From a virus, in IMG/VR virus record IMGVR_UViG_3300037245_000888, positions 1-64,000 of that record: a stretch of DNA of 64,000 nt. One strand, given 5' to 3'. The notes below the pieces were generated by a model. That model was not told the DNA's origin, made no database searches, and saw only the letters and a list, made by a program, of their open reading frames with translations. Both the position numbers and the translations under genes were made by a program. Numbering within the stretch: position 1 is the stretch's first letter; every line of letters begins with the position of its first letter. Below, one piece after another: positions 24,740-34,447 of this stretch.

Positions 24740-25087
24740 TTATCCCACTATGTACATATTGTACGGCATTGGTAAATCATAATTTTCATATGCTTTATTA
24801 TCCAATATTCTAATTACTTCATTTGACCAAGTCCCGTTTGACACTTCATATATAATACCTTTTTCAGTTACTATTGTGTAATCATTAACATTGCAAAATA
24901 TTTTAGTTTTCTTAATTTCTTCTTTTATTGAATCGTTTTGATTCCATGTACAAAACTTACAAGTTTCATGTTTTGGAGTTTCTCCATATTTTTCAAAGTG
25001 TAATAATAACATTTGTAAATAGCCTTTATAATTAATAGAATTATTTTTCTTTAATTCTTCCAATACCTCAACTTTAGTTTTCAGCAT
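24740..25087 (-). CDS. hypothetical protein, first gene of the early operon
   Basis: AAAAGGAG RBS before ATG at 25087. Confidence 0.7.
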   Translation of the reverse strand: MLKTKVEVLEELKKNNSINYKGYLQMLLLHFEKYGETPKHETCKFCTWNQNDSIKEEIKKTKIFCNVNDYTIVTEKGIIYEVSNGTWSNEVIRILDNKAYENYDLPMPYNMYIVG

Positions 25088-25152
25088 TTTATTTTCTCCT
25101 TTTATTCTCAAACAATACTAGACAATTCTAGCACTCTATAGAAAATAAAAAT

Positions 25153-25172
25153 TATTCAGTTTTCAATGTTCT
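25153..25172 (-). promoter_or_regulatory. boxA-like antitermination element
   Basis: AGAACATTGAAAACTGAATA resembles the Firmicute rrn-leader boxA (GTTCTTTGAAAACT-like); preceded by small GC-rich hairpins in a long leader. Confidence 0.6.
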
Positions 25173-25247
25173 GCGTTCGCTTGCATACTTCATGCCCTAA
25201 ACAGTAACATCCTACCTTAAGGCTATCATCACGACAGGCTTGCTCTG

Positions 25248-25276
25248 AGTATAATCAATTAAAGGTACTATGTCAA
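25248..25276 (-). promoter_or_regulatory. sigma-A promoter driving the early operon
   Basis: TTGACA-17-TATACT on the reverse strand. Confidence 0.8.
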
Positions 25277-25312
25277 TTATAAGCTATGCAGTGTTTCCAA
25301 TGGTTTCATGGG

Positions 25313-25828
25313 TTATCCACAGATTGCAGCAATGGGATCAAAAGCAGCTATATCAACGGTTACAAGTGATTTACTAAAATAGTTATCAACAGATTTCATT
25401 ATTTTAAAACAAAAGTTATCCACAGGTAAAATAGATTTTATTGTTTTACTTATATAGAAGAAAGATATCAATTTTTAGACTTTTGAATCCTTGTATAGTA
25501 GGCTATGACTGGTATGCAGCCATTTTAAATTATGGGAATATTTATTGATCTTTAAATTGTTATAAAATAAATGGTAAAATGTGGTAGAATAATTAAGTTT
25601 AATTAATTGTATAAAATCTATTGACAAATAATATATAAATATGGTAGAATGGGCTGACACCCTTTTAAAGTTGTTTGTAATTTTAATGTTATTAACAGTT
25701 GTGGATAACTTTTGTGGATATGTGGATAAAATGTGGATAACTTCTTGAAATTGTGGATAACTCATGATATACTCTATTTAGGGTTAGTTATCCCCAGAAA
25801 CTGGGGATAAAAATAAATCTGTGGATAA
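25313..25828. promoter_or_regulatory. DnaA-box cluster
   Basis: Perfect TTATCCACA at 25313 and 25416 (+) and at 25700, 25721, 25732, 25752, 25820 (-); one-mismatch copies at 25383, 25713, 25788, 25802. Confidence 0.88.
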
Positions 25829-26850
25829 CTTGAAAACTGCATATAATAATTGTAAAATTGACATAATCTCAAAATTGTAATCATTACAGATAAACAGTTT
25901 ATGTCAATCTAATTGTAATGATTACAAATTTATCACGATATCAATATTCACATTATGAGTATAAAATAATAGTTGGATATCCCACTAGATAAACATAAAA
26001 TCATTTTCCATAATATGTTAAACAGAAAAAATTTATCCAAAAATTTACCAAATATTGGTAAAAATCAATTCTGAAAATCCCATATTTACGAACCCAAAAA
26101 TTTCCAAGAACACGTGAAAGTAAATTGCAGCCTCAGACATATCTCTCCCACCGGCCACGCACACCTCACAATATATTTCCTTACCGGTAGCAAATCTTTC
26201 TATCATATAATCTACACAATATATTCTCATCTCACCAACACAACATATCTTAACAATCCACTCTGCTCATCTCCAATCAATCCTCACAATCCCATATCTC
26301 ATCTGTCTCCTATACTATCCCAGAATACCCATCTCACCACATTTGTCCACTATACAATCTATCCACTCAATAAAACTGATCGTCTCCACTGACATCATCT
26401 ATATCACATTTCCAATCTCGTCACATATTCTACCTATTAATAGTGACCAATCATGCACATAACAGAATATATACCTAGATTACATATTTGTTCCATTACA
26501 ACAAAACTAATCACACACTACCCTAAACAACTTACATAACTATCTCACTTGTACTCTCACAACACCGATCAAGCACCGTCATAACAATATATCGATAACA
26601 TGATGCTAATTATCCATTGAACGATAACTGTGTTTATATGCTATGTTATGTGTGTCACATGGGTATGAAAGTTTAATTGAGATTGCTGCAGGAATTATAT
26701 AGAATATTAGTTTATATTGTTTATAGGGTTTTGTTTAAAATTAAAATTAGAAATGAAATAAGAGTTCTCGGTGGGTAGGTAAACGCATATCTGGGTGTGG
26801 AAAGGTGGCATGGGGTATTTTGGATAAACTAAATAAATCAAAACTAATCC

Positions 26851-26879
26851 TTGACATCATATTAAATGTGGTGTAAGAT
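26851..26879 (+). promoter_or_regulatory. sigma-A promoter starting the right-hand + strand region
   Basis: TTGACA-17-TAAGAT. Confidence 0.7.
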
Positions 26880-26922
26880 ATGAAATATAGGAATGTAAGA
26901 TAAACTATAAAGGAGAGAATGA

Positions 26923-27282
26923 ATGAAAACTGAATCAACTAAATTAGATGCAAGAGACAACGAGAAATTATTTCCATATGAAAAGGTTCCATGTAAACAC
27001 TGTCAAGAATACAAAACGTTCGAAGGACATGATGGGTGCTTAGGGACATTGGATGGTATTGCTAACGCTTGTTGCAATCATGGAGGACATGGTGAAGGAG
27101 CATACGTACAATTTTATGATGGAGTTACAATCCATGGAGAAGACGCAATACTTATTCAAGAAATACTAAAACGTAATAGAAGTAATAATTCTAAAATGGA
27201 TAGGTTAGCGTTTCTTGCTGGATCTGTTAAATATATTGCTCAAGAGATTCAGGAAATGGAGAAAATGGAGGAGAATAAATAA
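26923..27282 (+). CDS. Cys/His-rich conserved phage protein
   Basis: CxxC...EGHDGCLG.L....NACC.HG pattern suggests metal binding. Confidence 0.55.
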   Translation: MKTESTKLDARDNEKLFPYEKVPCKHCQEYKTFEGHDGCLGTLDGIANACCNHGGHGEGAYVQFYDGVTIHGEDAILIQEILKRNRSNNSKMDRLAFLAGSVKYIAQEIQEMEKMEENK

Positions 27283-27662
27283 TGTTGTACTATGAAAAAC
27301 ACAAACATGAAATGCCATATGTTCCTTTTTATTTACTTGATGAAGGAATAAGAGATTTAGTTTGCGTATTTAACAGACTAGGATACACAACTATATTTTC
27401 ATGTGAAGGACATGAGGATCACCAGTGTCCAGACATTATATTCAGTATAGCTGTTACTGATGAAGATATCCTAAAGCTGGCAAACAAGATGTTAATGGGA
27501 TCATATAAAGGATGTTTTTACAAGTGGGTCAGAAAGTGTGATGATTCAATACATATTAATTGGATGTGGAAATTGGACTACCAAAATAATGAGTTATCGA
27601 AAAGAGATACTAAACAAGAACTTGAGAATATAGTTAAACTATTGGATGCATTTGTAAAATAA
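27282..27662 (+). CDS. TYW3-like-motif phage protein
   Basis: LDEGIRDLV..FN.LGY.T.FSCEGH resembles the TYW3 N-terminal D..I..L...N....T.SSC.G motif. Confidence 0.45.
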   Translation: MLYYEKHKHEMPYVPFYLLDEGIRDLVCVFNRLGYTTIFSCEGHEDHQCPDIIFSIAVTDEDILKLANKMLMGSYKGCFYKWVRKCDDSIHINWMWKLDYQNNELSKRDTKQELENIVKLLDAFVK

Positions 27663-29308
27663 TATAAAAGGAGAGTAAAATGGGTATTTTAGAAGATTTA
27701 TATGAAAACGCAATTGAGAAAAGAGAGTGTAAAATGTGTAAGCATTGTGGCAATTATGAAGCATGGGAAAATGGATTAGTTTATGAGTCTGACACTTGTG
27801 ATGGGTGTGAGGATAATGGAAAATGGGAAATTGGGACTTTGTCTGAATAGGAGGATTAATAGATGAATAAAAATACTGAATTAACAAATGAAAGACTTGA
27901 GTCATGTATTGACGGAATAAATTATATTAAAAACGATATAAACTCAATAGAAAATATGGTTACAATAACAACCTCTGGAAGTGATAGAAGCAAAATAATA
28001 AATAAGATACATAAAATTTTAGAATCTGTTGTCCAACTTCAGAATGTATTGACATCAATAAACAAGGAGAACCCAAATGAACAATAACAACACATGCACA
28101 TTAAAAGATTGCAGACTAAGAGTTTGCCTAGAAAAGATTCCAGAGGAAGATAGAGATTATTCAGAGGACTATCCATTTAATGCTTATGGTATAGAATGTC
28201 ACGTACCGTGTCATATTAGAGTAAAGGAGAAGAAGTAAAATGTATGATAAATTTATCGTTATAAAAAGAGAAAACTTACACAATTTAAACAATGAAGAAA
28301 GAAAAACTTTAGATTTGCTACTAAATAAGGTTAGTTCAAAAAATGAATATTATATAGTAAATGTAGATGAGCCATATTCTGAACAGGTTAAAGATTTGAT
28401 ATTGGGCAGGAAGTCAAACTATAATAGCCGTGAGATATTCTCATTAGTCGGTGAATGTGGTGCTGGTAAAACTACCCTGTCAGATTCAATGTCTCACTAT
28501 CTATCAATGCCAAGACATCACCCAAATATTGAATGTGCTATGGATAAAGCTATCCTAACAGGATTTGGTTCAGCACGAGATCAAGTATTCATGGATGAGT
28601 TTGTATTTGAACCACAGGTATATGTATATGATGGGGATAAACAGTGGAATGATTTTACAATACAAACTTATACAATGAATGATTGTCATCAAGGAATGTT
28701 TCATGCAAATAACTTTACAGATATAGAAAAAGAAGAAATGAGATCTGTAATTGCATATTATAAGAAATTAAATGAGGAGAAATAGATGAAAATTAAGATA
28801 GTAAAAAATAAAATTATTTTCCTTGGAGGGATAATGTTCACAGATTTTTTCTACTTAAATGAAATTCTTACGCTTATCGAAGAAGATGGAAAATACAGAT
28901 TAACATATGAGGTTAATGATTTGGTTACAAATAAAGTTTGTGATGGGTATTGGTGTGTTCCATTTGAAACCAAAATAGAAGTATTGGAACATCTATCTGA
29001 ATATTGTGAATATGTAGAGATTAAATAAATTAAAAACTTGACAACTAATAAATTATAATGTAGTATTGTAAATAGGAAGAAGCTAAATATTAAAGGAGAT
29101 CAATAATGACATACGATGAAATTTTAAGAGACATAGTGAACAGATTAACAATTGAAACAACAATAACAACTGGTGAAAACACATACAATACCAGCAACAG
29201 GGAAATTATTGTTTCATCAAAACTAAAACTTAAAGGTAAAATAATATCTAGTAGTCAATCTAGCACGAACATAAGTGTTTACTAACTAAAACTAAAAGGA
29301 GATTAATA

Positions 29309-29857
29309 ATGTCTAAAGGTAAAAATAAACAGAAATCAAAACGCAAAAATCACACTAAACGTAATCCAATCGACAAAAGTACATATACTATTATTAAAGA
29401 AGATGATCCAAGATTATATGAAGTTGGTTCAACTGTATATTTAAAGGATGAAGTTGGATTAGATAACCTAAAGAAAATTTCCAAGAAAATGAAATTGACA
29501 GCACTCAAGCTAGATGGAGCAGGATTAGCAATGTGTCAATGTGATACACCTTTCCAAACTCTAGCAATGTTCGTCATGAATATCATAGGCACCAATAAAT
29601 TTGTTACTGTGATCAATCCTAAAATTAAACATAAGAGTTTAAAGAAAGTTGAAATGGAAGAAGGGTGTTTGAGCGTTGAAGGTAAATATATGGTTAAACG
29701 TCCTGAGAGTGCTACGGTATCTTATTACTGCTTAGAAGAAGGTAAAGTTATTACTGAGAAATTAGAAGGATTCCAATTGAGGGTGTGGCTTCATGAAGAA
29801 TTCCATTGTAGAGGGAAAACTATGAAAGACATAGGTAAATTAGTTGAGGAGATTTAA
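29309..29857 (+). CDS. def: peptide deformylase
   Basis: Motif 1 GAGLAMCQ, motif 2 EGCLS, motif 3 HEEFH; INPKI. Confidence 0.88.
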   Translation: MSKGKNKQKSKRKNHTKRNPIDKSTYTIIKEDDPRLYEVGSTVYLKDEVGLDNLKKISKKMKLTALKLDGAGLAMCQCDTPFQTLAMFVMNIIGTNKFVTVINPKIKHKSLKKVEMEEGCLSVEGKYMVKRPESATVSYYCLEEGKVITEKLEGFQLRVWLHEEFHCRGKTMKDIGKLVEEI

Positions 29858-30334
29858 ATGGATATTAATGTAAGTATTACAGAGGCCAAACAATTGTTAA
29901 AATATGATTGTGAATATTGCAACAAGAAATTTAGAAGAGAAATTTTAGTTTCGGATAATAAAAAAGAGGTTGAAAAATTAGAAGAAGAAATTGCAGACCA
30001 CTTTAAAACATGTAATCAAAATACTGAAAATTATATAAAATTAAAAAGTTGTCCTTTCTGTGGTAAAGGTGCACATTTAAAATTTTATACTAAAGTTAGG
30101 ACTACTACGGAACACATAGAGGGTGACTGTCCTTGGGGTTCAGATAGTTATGATAATGATTATACTTATTATGACCTTTATTGTTATATAGATTGCCATT
30201 CGAAGGACTGCTTATCTAGACATATTGCTTTGCTCCCTGTCAATGATTTAAAAAGCACAAATAAAGATACTACAGAAAAGTGTGTACATGAGATAGAGAG
30301 TCTAATTTCTAAATGGAATATTCGTGGTTTATAA
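29858..30334 (+). CDS. Lar-like (restriction alleviation) zinc-ribbon protein with an extra N-terminal CxxC..H..C
   Basis: LKSCPFCG...C..C...WN.R pattern. Confidence 0.6.
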   Translation: MDINVSITEAKQLLKYDCEYCNKKFRREILVSDNKKEVEKLEEEIADHFKTCNQNTENYIKLKSCPFCGKGAHLKFYTKVRTTTEHIEGDCPWGSDSYDNDYTYYDLYCYIDCHSKDCLSRHIALLPVNDLKSTNKDTTEKCVHEIESLISKWNIRGL

Positions 30335-31206
30335 GGAGAATTAAATGCAAAATAAAACACAAGTAAGAGTAGATACATTATCCAATTTAATAGTTGGTAT
30401 CAACAGAGCATTAAATTTATACGATGGTGAATTGGAAATTGAAGTAAAAGATAACCAGCTGCAAATTAATGATAAATTAACTGGTGAATATTGTACAGTT
30501 AGATTAGGTGATAATGTTAAGGTGAAGGGAGAGTAAATTATGAATAGGAATATTAAAATAACATTAATCATCCTTGCAATCATCTTACTCTTCTCAGGAT
30601 GCGTAAAATTAAATATCGAAGTAAATAAAGAGCTTGAAGGAGAAATATACAATATAGTTGACTTTAAAATAAGCTCAATGAACTCAGATAAAGTTGTATT
30701 TGTTGATTACTATGGGACTACAAGAGTATCATGTTATAGTTTTCCAAAAGGATTCAACAGAAATAATATGGATGAATATATGGTTGAAATAAAAGCAAGT
30801 GTATTAAGCGGATATAGGATCGTTAAGTTTTATAGAAAAGGAGAGTAGATAATGAATAGAGAGTTAATAGAAATAAGATCATATCTATTTGATAAATTTC
30901 ACTCATGTTTAGATACTGCAATGAAATTTGACTTAGTTGTCGAAGATCATTATAAGAGGTGTGGGAACTGTAAATGTAAATCTAAACATCCTGTATCATG
31001 TGGCAGAAGTATAAAGGAAAGTAATTTGAGATATATGTTAGGTAATAAAGGAGATAAACAATAATGAACATTAAACTAATAATTAAAAAGTTAGAAAAAG
31101 AGAACGCTAGAATAAATGATAGACTGGCACCTAAACATAAATATAATTGTGATCGGATAGCTAAGTTGAGAAAGAAGATGAGACTTAAAATTAAGGAGAA
31201 ATAAAT

Positions 31207-31929
31207 ATGCACAAATCAAACAACAAATATAAAACACAACGACAACAATTTAACATTTTAATATTCATATCATTCTTAATCATCATATTAGTCAGTATTT
31301 CATTATATTCAAACACAGTTAAATTACAGTCTACAAACACTGATCTATCACTGGAATGCAATCTTACCTCAACTCAATTAACTATCGCTCAGGATGCTGT
31401 ATCAGAGCTTGAGATGGATGTTGATGAGTTGGAGATAGTTAATATTGACTTGGAGAATGATAATCTACTTTTACTTGATCTTTGTAAAACATTAAATGAA
31501 AGAATAGATTTCTTTATTGATAATATGGATGAATCATTTATTACAAATTATCCACTTATAGGAAATGAAAGAAGAATGATGTATAGATTAGTTGAAGCAG
31601 AAGTAACAGCTTATGGTATTGAAGAAAAGATGAATGTAGCTCATGTGTTAATTAATAGAGTATATAGCAATCAATTCCCAAATACAATTGAAGGAGTTAT
31701 ATTCCAAGAACGTCAGTTTAGTTGTATTGCAGATGGTAGATATGATGATGCTATGATTTCAAAGTCTAGTGTAGATGCTGTAGATTTAGCAATTAGAAAT
31801 AAAGATTTAACATATGGTAGTTTGTACTTCATGAGTGAAGCTGCAAGTGACTCTGGAAATGTAAGTTGGTTTAAAAGTAAATTAGAATTTGTAATGAATG
31901 ATCGAAGTGGACATTCGTTTTATAAATAA
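31207..31929 (+). CDS. SleB/CwlJ-family (Hydrolase_2) cell wall hydrolase with N-terminal TM and coiled coil
   Basis: LVEAE...VAHVLINRV.S..FPNTIEGVIFQERQFS...LYF...HSFY. Confidence 0.88.
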   Translation: MHKSNNKYKTQRQQFNILIFISFLIIILVSISLYSNTVKLQSTNTDLSLECNLTSTQLTIAQDAVSELEMDVDELEIVNIDLENDNLLLLDLCKTLNERIDFFIDNMDESFITNYPLIGNERRMMYRLVEAEVTAYGIEEKMNVAHVLINRVYSNQFPNTIEGVIFQERQFSCIADGRYDDAMISKSSVDAVDLAIRNKDLTYGSLYFMSEAASDSGNVSWFKSKLEFVMNDRSGHSFYK

Positions 31930-33859
31930 GTAAACAATAAAGCGCACCAAATTGCGCATTAACCGGATATAATGGATGTAAAGCGTATATTATTGCGCTT
32001 TAGGAATGGAATGAATTAGAGAGGAGATAAAAATGATTAATCTTATAGCAGCAATTTTCTGTTTTATAATGGGATTGGGATGCGCAAAGAACGGTGGTAT
32101 AATTAGTACTATTTTATGTATGATACTTGCATTATTAAACATATTTGCGTATATGGCTTTATAAAGAGAGGAGATAAAAATGATCGTTAAATTTGGAATG
32201 AATGATAAGGTGAGGATATCAGATACGTCATCTTTATCAGATGAATTCAAAAGAATTAAAAATATAGAAACGATACTTTTTAAAATTGATGGAGCATGTG
32301 GTAAAAGGTATAAATTAAAACCACTAACTGAATCGAGATTTAAAAAGGCATTTAATAATGTATGGTTTACTGAAGATTGTTTAGAAATAGTTAGACTAAA
32401 TACGATAGATTTTAAAATGTTAAAGTCGGTATGTGTCAATTGGGACGATGAGAGTAGGAGAACTGAAAATTATAGTAACATAGAGTGTCAAATTACTGGA
32501 GAAAAATGCTGTCTTGTAAAATGTCCAATTGTAACATTTTAGGGATACAACCATAACCGCACCAGAAAGGAGTGAACAATGAATGAATTAATGTATTATT
32601 ACATTTTAGAATTATCGTTAGTAGGAGTATTATATTTGATTGTACAATTTGCACAATCAAAATCTATAGCATATAATGAAGAATATAAGTGGGTACTTGG
32701 TGACATAAAGTATTATATGAACATGCACAAATTTAAATTTACATTAAGATATATTGCATTATTTATTTTATACTTCATTCCAGTTATAAATATAATTGTG
32801 GTTTTCGGTAGATTATTATGTACAATGGATTCAGATAAAATGAGATATTTGTCTAATTGTATTATATCGATGATTAAGCCTCATGTGGATGAAAATTACC
32901 CACATTTATATAGTCAGGTTGGAATGGCTGATAATATTGAAGAAGATGAATATTATATGTATACGATTAAATTAGTTGTGGAGTTAAATAGGGAGAGTAA
33001 TATTAAAGGAGAGGAGGATTAATAAATGTATGTATTCATAGGAACATTTACAATATGTATTTTAGTATTATTGCTGAATTATTACTTAAACAATATGCAT
33101 AAAGATAAACTGACAGAGAAGAAAACCTATAATAGTTATAAAACAATAAAAGAATCATACGAAGTGGCACTTATGTTGTCATGTATTTTTCAATTGTTGA
33201 TTGGAATTGTATTTATTATAGCTGGGATAATCTTAAATAGTCCAGCGGTTTTAGTAGGAATTGTGTTATGTTCATTAGGTATTTTATGTATAGCTACATT
33301 AAACATCAAAGAAGGATCAATAAGAGTAATTAAAAGATGGATTGAAGACAAGAGGGAGAATAATTAAAATGAAAGGATTACAAGAATGTATTAATTGGAT
33401 GATGGATAATCCATTGAAGAATTTAGAAATAGCAGAAGGTATTGCGATTGCTTACTTTGAAAAAGGTATGTTTTACGAAGGATATAGAGACGAAGCAGAG
33501 GTTTCTGCTATTGATGATTTCTCTATGTTTGATGATAATTATTGGATACCACAATCAGAAAAAGATGAACACGATGCTAAAACTGAAGCTGATAGACTTG
33601 CTGCAATGTCATGTGAAGAGTTATTGTTTGAATGTATTGAGAAGAATATCGATGGATATTTGTCTGTTGAATCTTCTATTTCATTTATAGCAGAATTTAG
33701 TGATGATAAAGTTGCAGTAGACACATCAGGTTTATCAGATGAAATATTCCAATTTTTAAATAGTAATGGAGTTACATTGATTAAGGATGATAAGTTAGTT
33801 GTATTAGAAGATAAGGCTTCTAAATATGATAGTTTATGTGATGAATAAAAGGAGGAAAA

Positions 33860-34447
33860 ATGAAAAATAAAATTATTATATTATGTGGTGAATCATCATC
33901 AGGTAAGGACTCTATATTAAACATATTAATAAAAGAGTATGGATGGCATAAAGCGGTGTCATACACGACAAGACCAATGAGACAAGGTGAGAAAGATGGA
34001 TATGATTATCATTTCTTAATGTCGAATATCCGGTTTAATGAATTAATGGATACTGGACATATGTTTGAGAAAACAGAATATAAAACTAATATGGGTTTGT
34101 GGCTATATGGATTAGGAGAAGATAGTTTTGTAGATGATAATATTAATGTGTGTATTGTTAATCCTCATGGATTAGATCAATTGTTAGAAATTGAATCATT
34201 GAAAGATAGATTAGTTGTATTTTATATAACAGCTCCGTTCAAACAGAGATTCTTTAGATATTTAAAAAGAGATGCTGATAATGAAAAACATAAGATTGAG
34301 TTGGTTGATAGATTTATAAGAGATGAAGATGATTTTAAAGGGTTTGCAATTAAATATAATACTCTTTCATATAGTAATAAAGATGGCTGTGATATTGAGA
34401 GCTTCTTAATTCTCATGAGAGCAGTTATAAAAGGAGGAGTAATTTAA
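33860..34447 (+). CDS. gmk: guanylate kinase
   Basis: GESSSGKD P-loop; SYTTRPMRQGEKDGYDYHF; YG. Confidence 0.9.
   Translation: MKNKIIILCGESSSGKDSILNILIKEYGWHKAVSYTTRPMRQGEKDGYDYHFLMSNIRFNELMDTGHMFEKTEYKTNMGLWLYGLGEDSFVDDNINVCIVNPHGLDQLLEIESLKDRLVVFYITAPFKQRFFRYLKRDADNEKHKIELVDRFIRDEDDFKGFAIKYNTLSYSNKDGCDIESFLILMRAVIKGGVI

Larger units (their letters stand above)
18642..25087 (-). other. cluster of small early/host-takeover-type genes on the - strand
   Basis: About 18 short ORFs with RBS; near-consensus promoters at 19617-19645, 20802-20830 and 25248-25276; terminator hairpins near 18600, 19810 and 21120. Confidence 0.75.

Noticed and set aside
26003-26023. Second dif-like site (ATTTTCCATAA TATGTTAAAC)
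   Set aside because: The two arms abut with no 6-8 bp spacer
25475-26392. ORFs 25475-25765(-), 26045-26230(-) and 26114-26392(+)
   Set aside because: They are translations of DnaA boxes and the skewed tract, with no credible RBS
28240-28785. NTPase call from LVGECGAGKTTL
   Set aside because: Isolated P-loop-like motif without a recognisable family context; left as hypothetical
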